From Vitreimonas sp. (GTDB lineage Bacteria; Patescibacteriota; Microgenomatia; UBA1400; PJMF01): a stretch of DNA of 64,000 bases. A program made the translations under genes and the position numbers. The notes beneath the pieces are model-generated. The model was not told where the DNA came from. It made no database searches and was given only the letters and a program-made list of their open reading frames with translations. The stretch spans positions 71,269-135,268 of the forward strand of contig DASPLQ010000012.1 of assembly GCA_035627515.1 (NCBI GenBank), in the 5' to 3' direction. This document shows, piece by piece, positions 35,171 to 46,599 of this stretch (positions are counted from its first letter, which is position 1; each line of letters starts with the position of its first letter).

Positions 35171-36106
35171 TTACTGAGTGGTGGAAGCGGCCGTCACCAC
35201 CACTTTTACACTTGATAAATGAGTCAGTGGAGACTCAGTGCCCGTCCGATCTGTTACCTTTACCGAAGCCTGAAACTCACACTTTGCTTCAAAACAGCTA
35301 TAGGTATGATTGGCGGTGCCAGTTTTAGTAGTAAAGGTTTCTGAAGTGCCGTCACCATACTCCACAGTCACTTCTTTCAGTTCTTGGCTCAAGGTATCCA
35401 CCACGTAATTGATTTCTAAGCTTTCGCCTGCAGCCACGATTACTTGGCGAGTGGCCGGATCATAAAAGGGCTGAGTGGTAACGGATAAGACTTGTGGCCG
35501 AACTTGGCACTGTTGGTAACACGACCGGGGACAATCTGAAACACCAGTTAATTGATTCCCCTGACCGAGACTGTTGTCTAAGGCGCAGCAGGTAAAACCA
35601 TAGCCACTGCAGCTAGAAACAGGGCTAAAGCCTAACTCACCAGGCTCGTTAGCGCTAATGGGTTGGTAGGTGACCTCGCGGTTTTCCACTACAATTGCCC
35701 GCGAGCGCCCCCAAACCGTCAAACCCACCCCACTCCGGTTCTCACCCCAAATAATGCCAGCAGCGCCAGGAATTTTAGTGACAAACATCGGCAATTTTTT
35801 AGTAGTGACCGTGATCGGGCTCAAGGGAAACTGCGCACACACCACCTCAATGACATACGTATTTGAAGACTCAAAACGTAGCTGAATTGAACCAATAATT
35901 TCTTGATTTAAATCTGAGATGCCTTTTTCTTTACATTGTTGCAGGTAGATACCCGAGTTAACTGAGATTCGTCGCATTTGCGTCACTGACTCGCGCACTG
36001 TGGCCACCCCCCAAATTAAAAAGGCTTCCCGGGCGACAAGAAAACCTACCCCAGCCGCTACAGCCAGAAACAACAATGAGATAAAAATGGTTTGTAAAAC
36101 CCGCAT
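35171..36106 (-). CDS. Membrane-anchored protein with beta-rich Ig/PKD-like C-terminal region, within the pilus operon
   Basis: N-terminal TM (LQTIFISLLFLAVAAGVGFLV). Translationally coupled to pilD via a TAATG overlap. No catalytic motif. Confidence 0.45.
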   Translation of the reverse strand: MRVLQTIFISLLFLAVAAGVGFLVAREAFLIWGVATVRESVTQMRRISVNSGIYLQQCKEKGISDLNQEIIGSIQLRFESSNTYVIEVVCAQFPLSPITVTTKKLPMFVTKIPGAAGIIWGENRSGVGLTVWGRSRAIVVENREVTYQPISANEPGELGFSPVSSCSGYGFTCCALDNSLGQGNQLTGVSDCPRSCYQQCQVRPQVLSVTTQPFYDPATRQVIVAAGESLEINYVVDTLSQELKEVTVEYGDGTSETFTTKTGTANHTYSCFEAKCEFQASVKVTDRTGTESPLTHLSSVKVVVTAASTTQ

Positions 36107-36921
36107 TAGAGTAATCCTACATACCATTGTACTAGGCTGTCACCCCAGACTAAAGTAATAAAAGTGGCTATCACTAAGAATGGTCCAAAAGGTATAACTT
36201 GTCCAAAGCGGCGCCTGCCACCAGCAATTAAACTGACCCCAGCCAGCGCCCCAATCAAAAAAGCTAAAAAGATACCAACCATAATATTTGGCCAGCCCAA
36301 CAATAACGCCATCGGCACTGAAAACTTGACATCACCAAAGCCCATCCCTTTCCCTTTAGTTATCCACCACAAGCCACCAAATAACGCCCCAGCTAAAACT
36401 GCCCCTCCCACGCTCCACAGTAAGTCGGGGAGTTGCATTGCTCCAAACAATACCAATGCTAATCGGTAACAGATAGTCATCAGTAGCAGTAAGCCGACTA
36501 TCACATCCGGAATCAGCATGTACAACAAATCAGCAAAGAAAATCACCAACAATAACACCCCGACTAGTAACCAGAACAAGGGTTGGAGCGTTTGGAGAGG
36601 GTGTTGGGTGAGCTGAAAAAAAATAAACCCTACCCAGTACCACCAGACAAATAAAATCCCGGTCAAACTTTCCACCACAGGATGAATGATGCTGATGGGT
36701 TTATGACAGCGCCGGCAGCGACCGCGCAAAATTAAAAAAGAGAGGAGGGGAATGTTGTCATACCAAGCAATTTGTTTGCCACAATGATCACACTTAGACC
36801 GACCCGTCACCCAGGACTCTTCAGTCATAGTCCGGTAAATCACGACGTTCAAAAAACTACCCAGGGCTGCGCCAGCCCAGAATAAAAACAGTGACACCAG
36901 TCCAAAAACGATCAACATCAT
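36106..36921 (-). CDS. pilD: Prepilin peptidase (A24 family)
   Basis: Zn-binding CDHCGKQIAWYDNIPLLSFLILRGRCRRCH, catalytic FGDVKF, and a polytopic membrane topology. The 5' part of the longer track ORF is the upstream pilin terminator hairpin, so the start is placed at MMLIV (36921). Confidence 0.8.
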   Translation of the reverse strand: MMLIVFGLVSLFLFWAGAALGSFLNVVIYRTMTEESWVTGRSKCDHCGKQIAWYDNIPLLSFLILRGRCRRCHKPISIIHPVVESLTGILFVWWYWVGFIFFQLTQHPLQTLQPLFWLLVGVLLLVIFFADLLYMLIPDVIVGLLLLMTICYRLALVLFGAMQLPDLLWSVGGAVLAGALFGGLWWITKGKGMGFGDVKFSVPMALLLGWPNIMVGIFLAFLIGALAGVSLIAGGRRRFGQVIPFGPFLVIATFITLVWGDSLVQWYVGLL

Positions 36922-36960
36922 ATCAGCGTTCAGTATAGTCAGTCTGGGGAAGTGATGCAA

Positions 36961-36994
36961 GCCAAAACAAAAACCCCCGCGCTCAGCGCGGGGG
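36961..36994 (-). terminator. Rho-independent terminator of the major pilin gene (CCCCCGCGC-TGA-GCGCGGGGG then TTTTTGTTTTG on the minus strand)
   Basis: 9 bp GC stem. The T-run is present only on the minus strand. Lies 20 nt after the pilin stop. Confidence 0.75.
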
Positions 36995-37014
36995 TTCAGA
37001 TTCAATGTAAATCT

Positions 37015-37629
37015 TTATGGTAGACAGATCATTTCATCATTGTCGTCAGTTAAGACAGCAGCGTCATCAACTGGACAAGGATCAACTGTACCTTCGCCCT
37101 CATCTGGGGTCGTACCATCATTACAGTTATCCATCGCTTCTTGTTGGAAGGCTAAGGATGTTGGGACAAAACAAGCATACATCGTGGCATTGGTCGTATC
37201 ATCTTTGAAGATCTTAATTTGATCATCTTGAATCAAACGATTGATGAAACCACTCTTTACTTCGCCAGTGCTCTCAAGCACATTTACCCAACCCCAAGCA
37301 GTGTCGTCACCACCATCAAAGGCGAAAGCTTCATCTGGTTCATCTGACGCAGCATTAGGGACAAAAGCGCCATTAGTTGAGTTCCAAGGATAGACTTCAT
37401 GAATAGCGTAGTAACGGTCAACAGCATTAATTAATTGTGCAGCATCTGAGCGGGTTCGAGTATCACGACCTTTATTAATTTGCTCAATCGGGTTGATGGA
37501 TGACAACACGGCCACCGCCAACACACCGATCACGGCAATCACCACTAACAACTCAATCATGGTGAAACCACCTTGAGAACCAAGCTTGGTTCGTAGTGAA
37601 TCACGTAAACGGGAAAAATGTCTTAACAT
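37015..37629 (-). CDS. pilA: Type IV major pilin candidate (PilA)
   Basis: GSQGG|FTMIELLVVIAVIGVLAVA, then INPIEQINKGRDTRTRSDAAQLINAVDRYY. Monocistronic with its own terminator and a long upstream region containing palindromic motif B. Confidence 0.65.
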   Translation of the reverse strand: MLRHFSRLRDSLRTKLGSQGGFTMIELLVVIAVIGVLAVAVLSSINPIEQINKGRDTRTRSDAAQLINAVDRYYAIHEVYPWNSTNGAFVPNAASDEPDEAFAFDGGDDTAWGWVNVLESTGEVKSGFINRLIQDDQIKIFKDDTTNATMYACFVPTSLAFQQEAMDNCNDGTTPDEGEGTVDPCPVDDAAVLTDDNDEMICLP

Positions 37630-37866
37630 AGGCAGTACCTCAGGGTTTATTAGTTATCTACTAGAGTACAACAAAATGAGTAAATAAGTAAATAAGTAAT
37701 TAAAGATGCTGCAAAAGTCAGCCTGGGAGATGTACATTTTGTCATGTATCCAGGGTCACTTTTGAAGAGAACGTTAATAAGTGAGTGGTGGTTAGAATCA
37801 ATCTGAAGAGTTGATAATCCTGAAGCGTCAAAACAGTATCATTACTTTTACCTCCTCATCTCGTTA

Positions 37867-37940
37867 GGTACCTGTCCTCCAGAACACACTTTTTACTGTG
37901 GCATATTTAGTGCACGATCGTGGCACATTTATACTACAGT
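37867..37940. repeat. Motif B copy containing the palindrome TTAGTGCACGATCGTGGCAC, ~240-310 bp upstream of pilA
   Basis: GGTACCTGTCCTCCAGAACAC...CTGTGGCATATTTAGTGCACGATCGTGGCACATTTATACTAC. About 75 bp, ~85% identical to 43471-43542. Confidence 0.6.
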
Positions 37941-38050
37941 CAAAAAAGGGGTTTAAAGAGATACCCTGGGGAATAGTATGCTTTGAAACAAGATCTTACC
38001 GCTTGGTGTAACAACATTCTTACTGAGGAAAAACTAACCACCCCCTCAAC

Positions 38051-39253
38051 CTAAAACTGACTCGTCAAGTTATAAATCGGCATGATGATGGCGATGACCA
38101 TGATACCCACACCTACACCTAGCACAATCATGATCATCGGCTCCAAAGCGGTGGTCATGTTTTTGATGGCGTGTTCACTTTCAGATTGAAAATAAACTGA
38201 TAGTTTCAGCAATACTTCATCTAACTTACCGGTTTCTTCACCTACCGCAATCATTTGTGACAACAAGGGAGGGAACATCTCATACTTGCCAATGGCTTGA
38301 GCCAACGAAATACCTTTCTCCACTTGTTGAGAAGCTTCTTCGAGGGCTTCGCGGTAAATGATGTTGGTGACGGCTTGTGAGACAATATCGAGTGCTTGCA
38401 GCAATGAGATACCTGAGCCAAGCAATAATGACAACGTCCGAGCAAACTCAGTCAAAATTACTTTTTGGCGCAGCTCACCAAAAATAGGCATCTTCAATAA
38501 CAAACCATCAATCGCCACGCGACCACTGTGCGTTTTTCCCCAACTGGTAAACAAACTATAGCCACCAGCCGCGGCCAACAAGATTACCCACCAAAAATTA
38601 GCTGTAAAGTTGGAGGTATCAATCAATAGCTGCGTTGCCAATGGCAACTCAGCTCCAAAGTCCTTATACATTTCGGTCAGCTTGGGAATCACAAAAATCA
38701 TCATCACGAAGGCCACCACAATCATCGCAATCACCACGATCACTGGATAAATTAAGGCTCCTTTAGTTTTGGCACGAAACTCTTTATCTTTTTCCATGTT
38801 TTCTGCCAAGCGTTCCAAAACGTCATCGAGCACACCGCCCGCTTCACCAGCTCGGATCAATTGAATATAAACCCGGCTAAAGGTTTTGGGATGTTTCTCT
38901 AGGGCCTGAGCAAACGTGCTGCCACCTTCGATAGCAGTCTTGAGTTCTCCCAGTAACTTGGCTAAGGCTGGTTTACTTTGTTGCTCCAAAATCGACAACC
39001 CTTGCGTGAGGGGTAAACCGGCCGTAATCATGGTCGATAGTTGGCGCGTCATGTTGACCACATCATCATGCTTGATGCCAGTCAGCATCGTCTGCAACGC
39101 TACAAACGAACCCTCGTTTACTGGTGTCACTTTGATGACCAACAAGTTCCGAGCCCGGAGAGTAGCCGCAGCTTGAGCTGAGCTGGGCGCTTCGACTTTA
39201 CCCTTGACGGGCTCGCCGTGTTCATTTTTAGCGTGATAATTATAAATCGGCAT
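38051..39253 (-). CDS. pilC: Type IV pilus inner-membrane platform protein PilC (GspF family)
   Basis: 400 aa with two GspF-type repeats and three TM segments. Confidence 0.8.
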   Translation of the reverse strand: MPIYNYHAKNEHGEPVKGKVEAPSSAQAAATLRARNLLVIKVTPVNEGSFVALQTMLTGIKHDDVVNMTRQLSTMITAGLPLTQGLSILEQQSKPALAKLLGELKTAIEGGSTFAQALEKHPKTFSRVYIQLIRAGEAGGVLDDVLERLAENMEKDKEFRAKTKGALIYPVIVVIAMIVVAFVMMIFVIPKLTEMYKDFGAELPLATQLLIDTSNFTANFWWVILLAAAGGYSLFTSWGKTHSGRVAIDGLLLKMPIFGELRQKVILTEFARTLSLLLGSGISLLQALDIVSQAVTNIIYREALEEASQQVEKGISLAQAIGKYEMFPPLLSQMIAVGEETGKLDEVLLKLSVYFQSESEHAIKNMTTALEPMIMIVLGVGVGIMVIAIIMPIYNLTSQF

Positions 39254-39264
39254 AGTACTTCAGC

Positions 39265-40329
39265 TTACTTCAATCTGGAACCACCCAGGCGATCAAACTC
39301 ATCAGGGCGGAAGGCATACTCGCGAGCTTTTTCGGCAGTGATCACCCCCCGTTGGACCAAGGTTAATAAGTAACTTTCAAATAAGGTCATACCGGCTTCA
39401 GATGAGGTTTGAATGACGTTATCAATTTGGAAGGTTTTGCCTTCCCGAATCAAGTTCCGGATAGCTGGCGTGCCCACCAAAATTTCTAAGGCTGCCACCC
39501 GGCCTCCAGAAGAAATTGGTAACAACCGCTGCGTGACGATAGCTTGGATCGAAGCGGCTAGCTGTTGGCGAATCTGAGCTTGCTGATGAGCGGGGAAGAC
39601 GTCAATGATACGGTCAATGGTTTGGGCCGCAGACGAAGTATGGAGCGTGCCAAACACTAAGTGACCTGTCTCCGCCACGGTCATGGCAGCAGCAATGGTT
39701 TCGAAGTCGCGCATTTCACCTACCAGCACCACGTCGGGGTCTTCCCGCAATGCTGAGCGCAAAGCAATATCCCAGCCATGCGTATCTTGATTGATTTCAC
39801 GCTGCGAAATAATACTTTTATTAGGGGTGTACACAAACTCGACTGGATCTTCAATCGTCAAGATATGCTCACTACGCGATTGATTGATGTACTCAATCAG
39901 GGCAGCCAAGGTCGTGGATTTACCTTCACCGGTGGGTCCAGTGACCAATACCAAACCTTGTTTAAACTTGGCAAACTCATACAAGATAGGAGGGAGCTGT
40001 AACTCTTCGATGGTTTTAATCCGAGTGGGAATCAACCGCAACGAGGCAGCTAGATTGCCGCGCTGATGATAAATGTTGACCCGGAACCGACCTTTATCTT
40101 TATATTGATACCCAAAGTCAATTTCTTTGTTGACGGTCACATAATCTTTTTGTTCAGGTGTCATCAGAGGAAAAATCAAGGTCTCGGCTTCTTTGGCACT
40201 CAGTGCCGGAGTACCTTCTACGGGCTTAAGCTCACCATGGACACGCAGCATGGGTTGCAAACCTGTAATGATGTGAATATCAGAACCTTCTTGTTCAATC
40301 ACCATTTGTAGAATGTCGTGTATGTTCAT
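39265..40329 (-). CDS. pilT: Twitching motility retraction ATPase PilT
   Basis: Walker A LVLVTGPTGEGKSTTLAA, DVVLVGEMRDFETI, and the His box GHLVFGTLHTSSAAQTIDRI. At 354 aa it is PilT-sized. Confidence 0.85.
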   Translation of the reverse strand: MNIHDILQMVIEQEGSDIHIITGLQPMLRVHGELKPVEGTPALSAKEAETLIFPLMTPEQKDYVTVNKEIDFGYQYKDKGRFRVNIYHQRGNLAASLRLIPTRIKTIEELQLPPILYEFAKFKQGLVLVTGPTGEGKSTTLAALIEYINQSRSEHILTIEDPVEFVYTPNKSIISQREINQDTHGWDIALRSALREDPDVVLVGEMRDFETIAAAMTVAETGHLVFGTLHTSSAAQTIDRIIDVFPAHQQAQIRQQLAASIQAIVTQRLLPISSGGRVAALEILVGTPAIRNLIREGKTFQIDNVIQTSSEAGMTLFESYLLTLVQRGVITAEKAREYAFRPDEFDRLGGSRLK

Positions 40330-40350
40330 ATGCGGTCTTCCTGACGGTAG

Positions 40351-42492
40351 TTATACCTGGGCCACGCGTAAAACTTCTTCAATTGTGGTCAACCCTTGCA
40401 AGGCTTTGAGATATCCATCTTGTTTCATTAATAACATCTTATCTTTTACCGCTGCTTTTTCCAACTCCGCAGCGCTTTTGTTTTCCATAATCAAACGACT
40501 AATTTCTTCATTCACTTTCATCACTTCATAAATACCCACCCGACCCCGATACTCAGGTTCAGTTTGTGGTCGATCACTTTTACATCTAAAAAGGGTGAAG
40601 TTGTTGGGATCTTTGTTGTTCTGTTTACACCACTGATCGAGACGATCACCTAATACTTGCTTGATGTCTTCCACCACCGCTTGTTCCGGTTTGTACTCTT
40701 CTTTGTAATCATTATTGATCGTCCGCACAATACGCTGGGCCATCGTCAGGGTAATAGATGACGCCAGCAAGAACGGCTCAGCGCCCATATCCACCAACCG
40801 AGGTAATGCTCCCGCCGCTGAGGAGGTGTGCAGGGTAGAGAAGACTAAGTGACCTGTCAGTGACGCTTGCACAGCTAGTTCTACAGTTTCACTATCCCGA
40901 ATTTCTCCCACCATGATCACGTTGGGATCTTGCCGCAAAAACGACCGCAAGCCCGAAGCAAATGTCAGTCCCGCCTGAGGATTAATCTGAACTTGGTTAA
41001 TACCAGCCATTTGATACTCTACCGGATCTTCCAAGGTCATGATATTGACCTTAGGCGTATTAATTTTGTGTAACACGGAGTAGAGAGTGGTGGTTTTACC
41101 GGAACCGGTAGGACCAGTCACGAGCACAATTCCGTGAGGCACCCGGATCGAATCTTCCAGTTTGCGCAAGGCAAGACCTTCCAAACCGAGATCATTGAGT
41201 GATGGCACCGTTGAGTTCTTTTTCAGCAACCGCATCACGATTTTTTCACCGTGAATAGTCGGCAACGTCGAGACCCGCAAATCCACTTCATCACTACCCG
41301 AAATAAAGGTAAACCGGCCGTCCTGAGGCACACGCTTTTCGTCAATTTTCAGATCTGACAAGATTTTCACGCGTGAAACAACGGCTTCGTGGACTGATTT
41401 GGGCAAAATTAATTTTTCAGTCAATAAACCGTCAATCCGGTACCGTACCCGTGTCCGGCTGGGCTGGGGTTCGATATGAATATCTGAAGCCCGCGCTTTC
41501 ATAGCGAAGGCCAGGATCGTTTCCACAATTTTAGTGATGGGCGCCTGACGCACCACTTCACCCGACAAAGCGGCTAGATTATCAAGTTGCTTTTTAGTTT
41601 CTTGGACTTGGTTAGTTTCTTTGAGTGCCTGGGTGACTTCACTCGACAAACTTTGGGCGTACCGCTCGGCAATCAACCGCTCTAGCTCAGACGGCATCGC
41701 ATAATGCACAATGAGGTTGTAGCCACTTTTTTGTTCAGCAAAATCAATCGCCAACAAATCCAAGGGATCCTTCATCGCCACTGATAAGGTCCGGTCTTGT
41801 TTACTGAGGGTGAAGGGGAACATGCCATAGCGACGCGCCACACCTTCGGGGAGTTGAGTCAAGGCCTCAGGCGAGACACCAATTTCTTCCAGTCGCACAA
41901 AAGGCACTTTATAGAAGGTCGATTTAGCTTTGGTCAATGCCTCTTCTGAAACCACATTTTTCTCTTCCAGAATTTTTTCGTACGGCACGCCAGTTTGGAT
42001 ATGCTCCAGCTCTACCTGATTAGCATCTTGCTCACTCAAATCGCCAGCAGTGCGCAAGATCTCTAAAATACTGCTGGCCGTGGTGGAAGCTGGCTCAACC
42101 ACCGCACTGGCTGGTGAAGTAACTGGAGTGGGAAGTGGAGCTGGTGGGGTAGCAGCAGGAATCGAAACCACTGGTGATTCGGGCAAAGGTCCTAAACTCG
42201 GAGCCGGCATAGCTTCAGGCAACTCGCCTGGAGAAGTAATCGAAGCTGCTGGAGGGATATTGATGGGGGTAGGCTCAGAACTAGGCACGGCTGCTAAACC
42301 CACCACTTCTGGAGAGGTGAAAGTGGGATTGATCAGCGGTGTGGGTTCTGCAGATTCAGAGGTAGCAGAAGAAACTACCGAGCTACCTGGTAAAGCATTG
42401 CCGGCTTCATCAAGCATTTGCACGACTGCGGTGTCAAGCGAGTCAGCCGCAGCCACATCGATGACTGGTAGATTTTGGGCAGGATCATTCAT
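40351..42492 (-). CDS. pilB: Type IV pilus extension ATPase PilB (GspE family) with a ~150 aa Pro/Ala/Ser/Thr-rich N-terminal extension
   Basis: GIVLVTGPTGSGKTTTLYSVL, VIMVGEIRDSETVELAVQASLTGHLVFSTLHT, and a GspE N-domain. Confidence 0.85.
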   Translation of the reverse strand: MNDPAQNLPVIDVAAADSLDTAVVQMLDEAGNALPGSSVVSSATSESAEPTPLINPTFTSPEVVGLAAVPSSEPTPINIPPAASITSPGELPEAMPAPSLGPLPESPVVSIPAATPPAPLPTPVTSPASAVVEPASTTASSILEILRTAGDLSEQDANQVELEHIQTGVPYEKILEEKNVVSEEALTKAKSTFYKVPFVRLEEIGVSPEALTQLPEGVARRYGMFPFTLSKQDRTLSVAMKDPLDLLAIDFAEQKSGYNLIVHYAMPSELERLIAERYAQSLSSEVTQALKETNQVQETKKQLDNLAALSGEVVRQAPITKIVETILAFAMKARASDIHIEPQPSRTRVRYRIDGLLTEKLILPKSVHEAVVSRVKILSDLKIDEKRVPQDGRFTFISGSDEVDLRVSTLPTIHGEKIVMRLLKKNSTVPSLNDLGLEGLALRKLEDSIRVPHGIVLVTGPTGSGKTTTLYSVLHKINTPKVNIMTLEDPVEYQMAGINQVQINPQAGLTFASGLRSFLRQDPNVIMVGEIRDSETVELAVQASLTGHLVFSTLHTSSAAGALPRLVDMGAEPFLLASSITLTMAQRIVRTINNDYKEEYKPEQAVVEDIKQVLGDRLDQWCKQNNKDPNNFTLFRCKSDRPQTEPEYRGRVGIYEVMKVNEEISRLIMENKSAAELEKAAVKDKMLLMKQDGYLKALQGLTTIEEVLRVAQV

Positions 42493-42528
42493 GAGTCACC
42501 TACTATAATACTGTAGATCAACCCTATC

Positions 42529-43227
42529 ATGCCACGGTCATTTTTTACGCCCTATTTATTAATTTCTACTGTCTCACAGCCACCTCGTGAGTTAGTGCAG
42601 CAGTTCTTGAGCCAGCACCCCGAGCTGCCGCAGCTATCACTGACCCATCCCAATGTGATGGTCATTAATGAAGAGAGCGAAGGCCTCAAAATTGAAACTC
42701 TCCGTAACCTCCTATCAGAGTTGGCACTAATGCCGCCGGTGCCTGGCTCCCGGCTGGTGGTAATTGCCGGGTTCGAGACCGCTCAACCAGTTGCTCAACA
42801 AGTCTTGCTGAAAACGTTGGAAGAACCACCCTCAGATACACTGATACTTTTGATTACCCAAACACTAGAAGCCATTTTGCCAACCATCCAATCCCGGTGC
42901 CGCAGCGAGCGGGTGGGGGACACGACTGCCGGAAATCAGCGCGATGCCGCCAGTGCTCAATCCACCGCTATCCAGCCCTTGTTGGAGTTACTCAAAACGG
43001 GAAATTACAGCGACCTGATTAAGACTGTCGAAAAAATTTCTGAACGCGAAGAAGCAGTCAATCTTGTATCTGAGTTAGTTCGGCAGTATCAGACTCAGCT
43101 TACTCAGCGTGGTACTCCAGAAGTGATGAAAGTGCTTCTTACCGCCAGCGATCATCTCAAAACCAATGCCAATGTGAAGCTGATACTAGAGAACGCGTTG
43201 TTCAGAATTAGGAAGGTCTCTGGGTAG
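42529..43227 (+). CDS. holB: DNA polymerase III delta-prime subunit-like clamp loader protein
   Basis: LLKTLEEPP and TIQSRC motifs, with no intact Walker A. 232 aa. Confidence 0.65.
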   Translation: MPRSFFTPYLLISTVSQPPRELVQQFLSQHPELPQLSLTHPNVMVINEESEGLKIETLRNLLSELALMPPVPGSRLVVIAGFETAQPVAQQVLLKTLEEPPSDTLILLITQTLEAILPTIQSRCRSERVGDTTAGNQRDAASAQSTAIQPLLELLKTGNYSDLIKTVEKISEREEAVNLVSELVRQYQTQLTQRGTPEVMKVLLTASDHLKTNANVKLILENALFRIRKVSG

Positions 43228-43238
43228 GCTGATGGTGG

Positions 43239-43267
43239 CTGTACCATTTTTGTTAATAATCGCACAA
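43239..43267. repeat. Palindromic element family, copy 6 (left arm degenerate): CTGTACCA-TTTTTGTTAATAA-TCGCACAA
   Basis: Core and right arm match copy 7 at 47385-47413. Confidence 0.5.
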
Positions 43268-43330
43268 TGAAAAAAGAGTAGCTCAACGTAACTCACTATC
43301 CATGTGCAAAAGCTCGCCTGGATGATGTAA

Positions 43331-43380
43331 AAATGTACGTTTTGACTGTAATGACGTGTGCCCAGGGGAACTTCTGTAGT
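43331..43380. repeat. Motif C copy: ATGTACGTTTTGACTGTAATGACGTGTGCCCAGGGGAACTTCTGTAG
   Basis: Second copy at 47213-47272, ~90% identical over ~50 bp. Confidence 0.6.
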
Positions 43381-43470
43381 GATGGTGATTAAGTGAGCTT
43401 GTCATCGCCTTTAAGAAAATAATAAAAAGGTGTCAAAGAGGTGCCTACATTTTACCTTTCAGCTCACCTT

Positions 43471-43542
43471 CGGTACCTGTCCTCCAGACATCATTTTCAC
43501 AGTGACATATTTAGTGCACGATCGTGCACTATTTATGCCACC
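43471..43542. repeat. Motif B copy with the perfect 20 bp palindrome TAGTGCAC-GATC-GTGCACTA
   Basis: CGGTACCTGTCCTCCAGACATCATTTTCACAGTGACATATTTAGTGCACGATCGTGCACTATTTATGCCACC. Confidence 0.6.
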
Positions 43543-43704
43543 AGCTTTTCAGACTGCCCAACCACATACCTTCACCAACCTCCAGGTCAAAAAACTATAT
43601 GCCGCAAAAAACTAAAACACCTTACAAAGAAATAAACCACACTACAACTCAATTAAAAACAGCCCGCTCACCTCACCTCTATCATCAACCCACCCGTATA
43701 CCGG

Positions 43705-43732
43705 CTTTGACCAACGGTGAAAATGTGGTATA
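43705..43732 (+). promoter_or_regulatory. Putative sigma70-type promoter of gyrB with an extended -10 (TTGACC-16-TGG-TATAAC)
   Basis: Hexamers TTGACC and TATAAC 16 nt apart, TG at -15/-14, ~115 nt upstream of the gyrB ATG. Confidence 0.45.
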
Positions 43733-43753
43733 ACGATCATCTGAAGTAATTAA

Positions 43754-45877
<2,124 letters not shown>

Positions 45878-45936
45878 GAATATTTTTCCTTTCAACGAAG
45901 GTTTAATAGAATCAAGTAGCTGCTCTAAAGGATCTT

Positions 45937-46281
45937 ATGGAAAGACCAAAAAATATTGCTGATGCCCTTGAAGTTATTATCAATAACCCTGAACATTCGC
46001 TTATATTTTTAGGATTATTAGACTTAAGATCACGTGATGAGTTAGAAACAAAAGAAATTTCTCAAGCTGAATTACAAGGCGCAATCGCTCAAGCTTTTAT
46101 CGCAGCCGTAAAAATCCCTCACCCTGACTCACAAAAAGTGCAATTCTTGATCGAAACCGTTCAACATTTCTTGGCACCTTCAAGGTTAGATGGTATGTCA
46201 ATGCTTTCTGATGAGCAGTTCGAAGAAGTTAAAGCCGGCAAAATTCCTGAACAGGGCAAACGGTTCTCTTCAGGTCGCTAA
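45937..46281 (+). CDS. Hypothetical small protein
   Basis: 114 aa ORF in the AT-rich gyrB-ppa spacer. Confidence 0.35.
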   Translation: MERPKNIADALEVIINNPEHSLIFLGLLDLRSRDELETKEISQAELQGAIAQAFIAAVKIPHPDSQKVQFLIETVQHFLAPSRLDGMSMLSDEQFEEVKAGKIPEQGKRFSSGR

Positions 46282-46316
46282 TCTCAGACAAAAAATAACT
46301 ATAGTATAATTCAGCC

Positions 46317-46580
46317 ATGAGTAACTCTTTAGATTCAGAAAGCAGAGCTTCACAAGTGCGGTTCCTTAAAACACTGTGGACTGAGAAAAGCTTTGAACAT
46401 TTTAAGGCATTAATGATAAACATGATTCCTACCATAAATGCTGAGAATATTCCTGATACAGATAGTTTTATCTCAGCTTTAGATGAGCTCTATCAGCAAG
46501 ATGAAAACTCACCACAAGGAGCAGTTAGTAAGGCCTTCTTACAGTTGCTAGGTGTTATTCCACTGAACAATGAGGAGTAA
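46317..46580 (+). CDS. Hypothetical small protein
   Basis: 87 aa ORF. Confidence 0.3.
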   Translation: MSNSLDSESRASQVRFLKTLWTEKSFEHFKALMINMIPTINAENIPDTDSFISALDELYQQDENSPQGAVSKAFLQLLGVIPLNNEE

Positions 46581-46599
46581 TAATAAATAAAGGAGACGT

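Noticed and set aside
36922-37005. Upstream 28 codons of the pilD track ORF (MNLNPRAERGGFCFG...)
   Set aside because: This segment is the reverse complement of the pilin terminator hairpin. The true pilD start is the internal Met at 36921.
43430-43733. Three overlapping 60-70 aa ORFs upstream of gyrB
   Set aside because: They lie entirely within the mosaic repeat blocks (motifs A, C and B) and the predicted gyrB promoter. They are low-complexity translations of repeat DNA.
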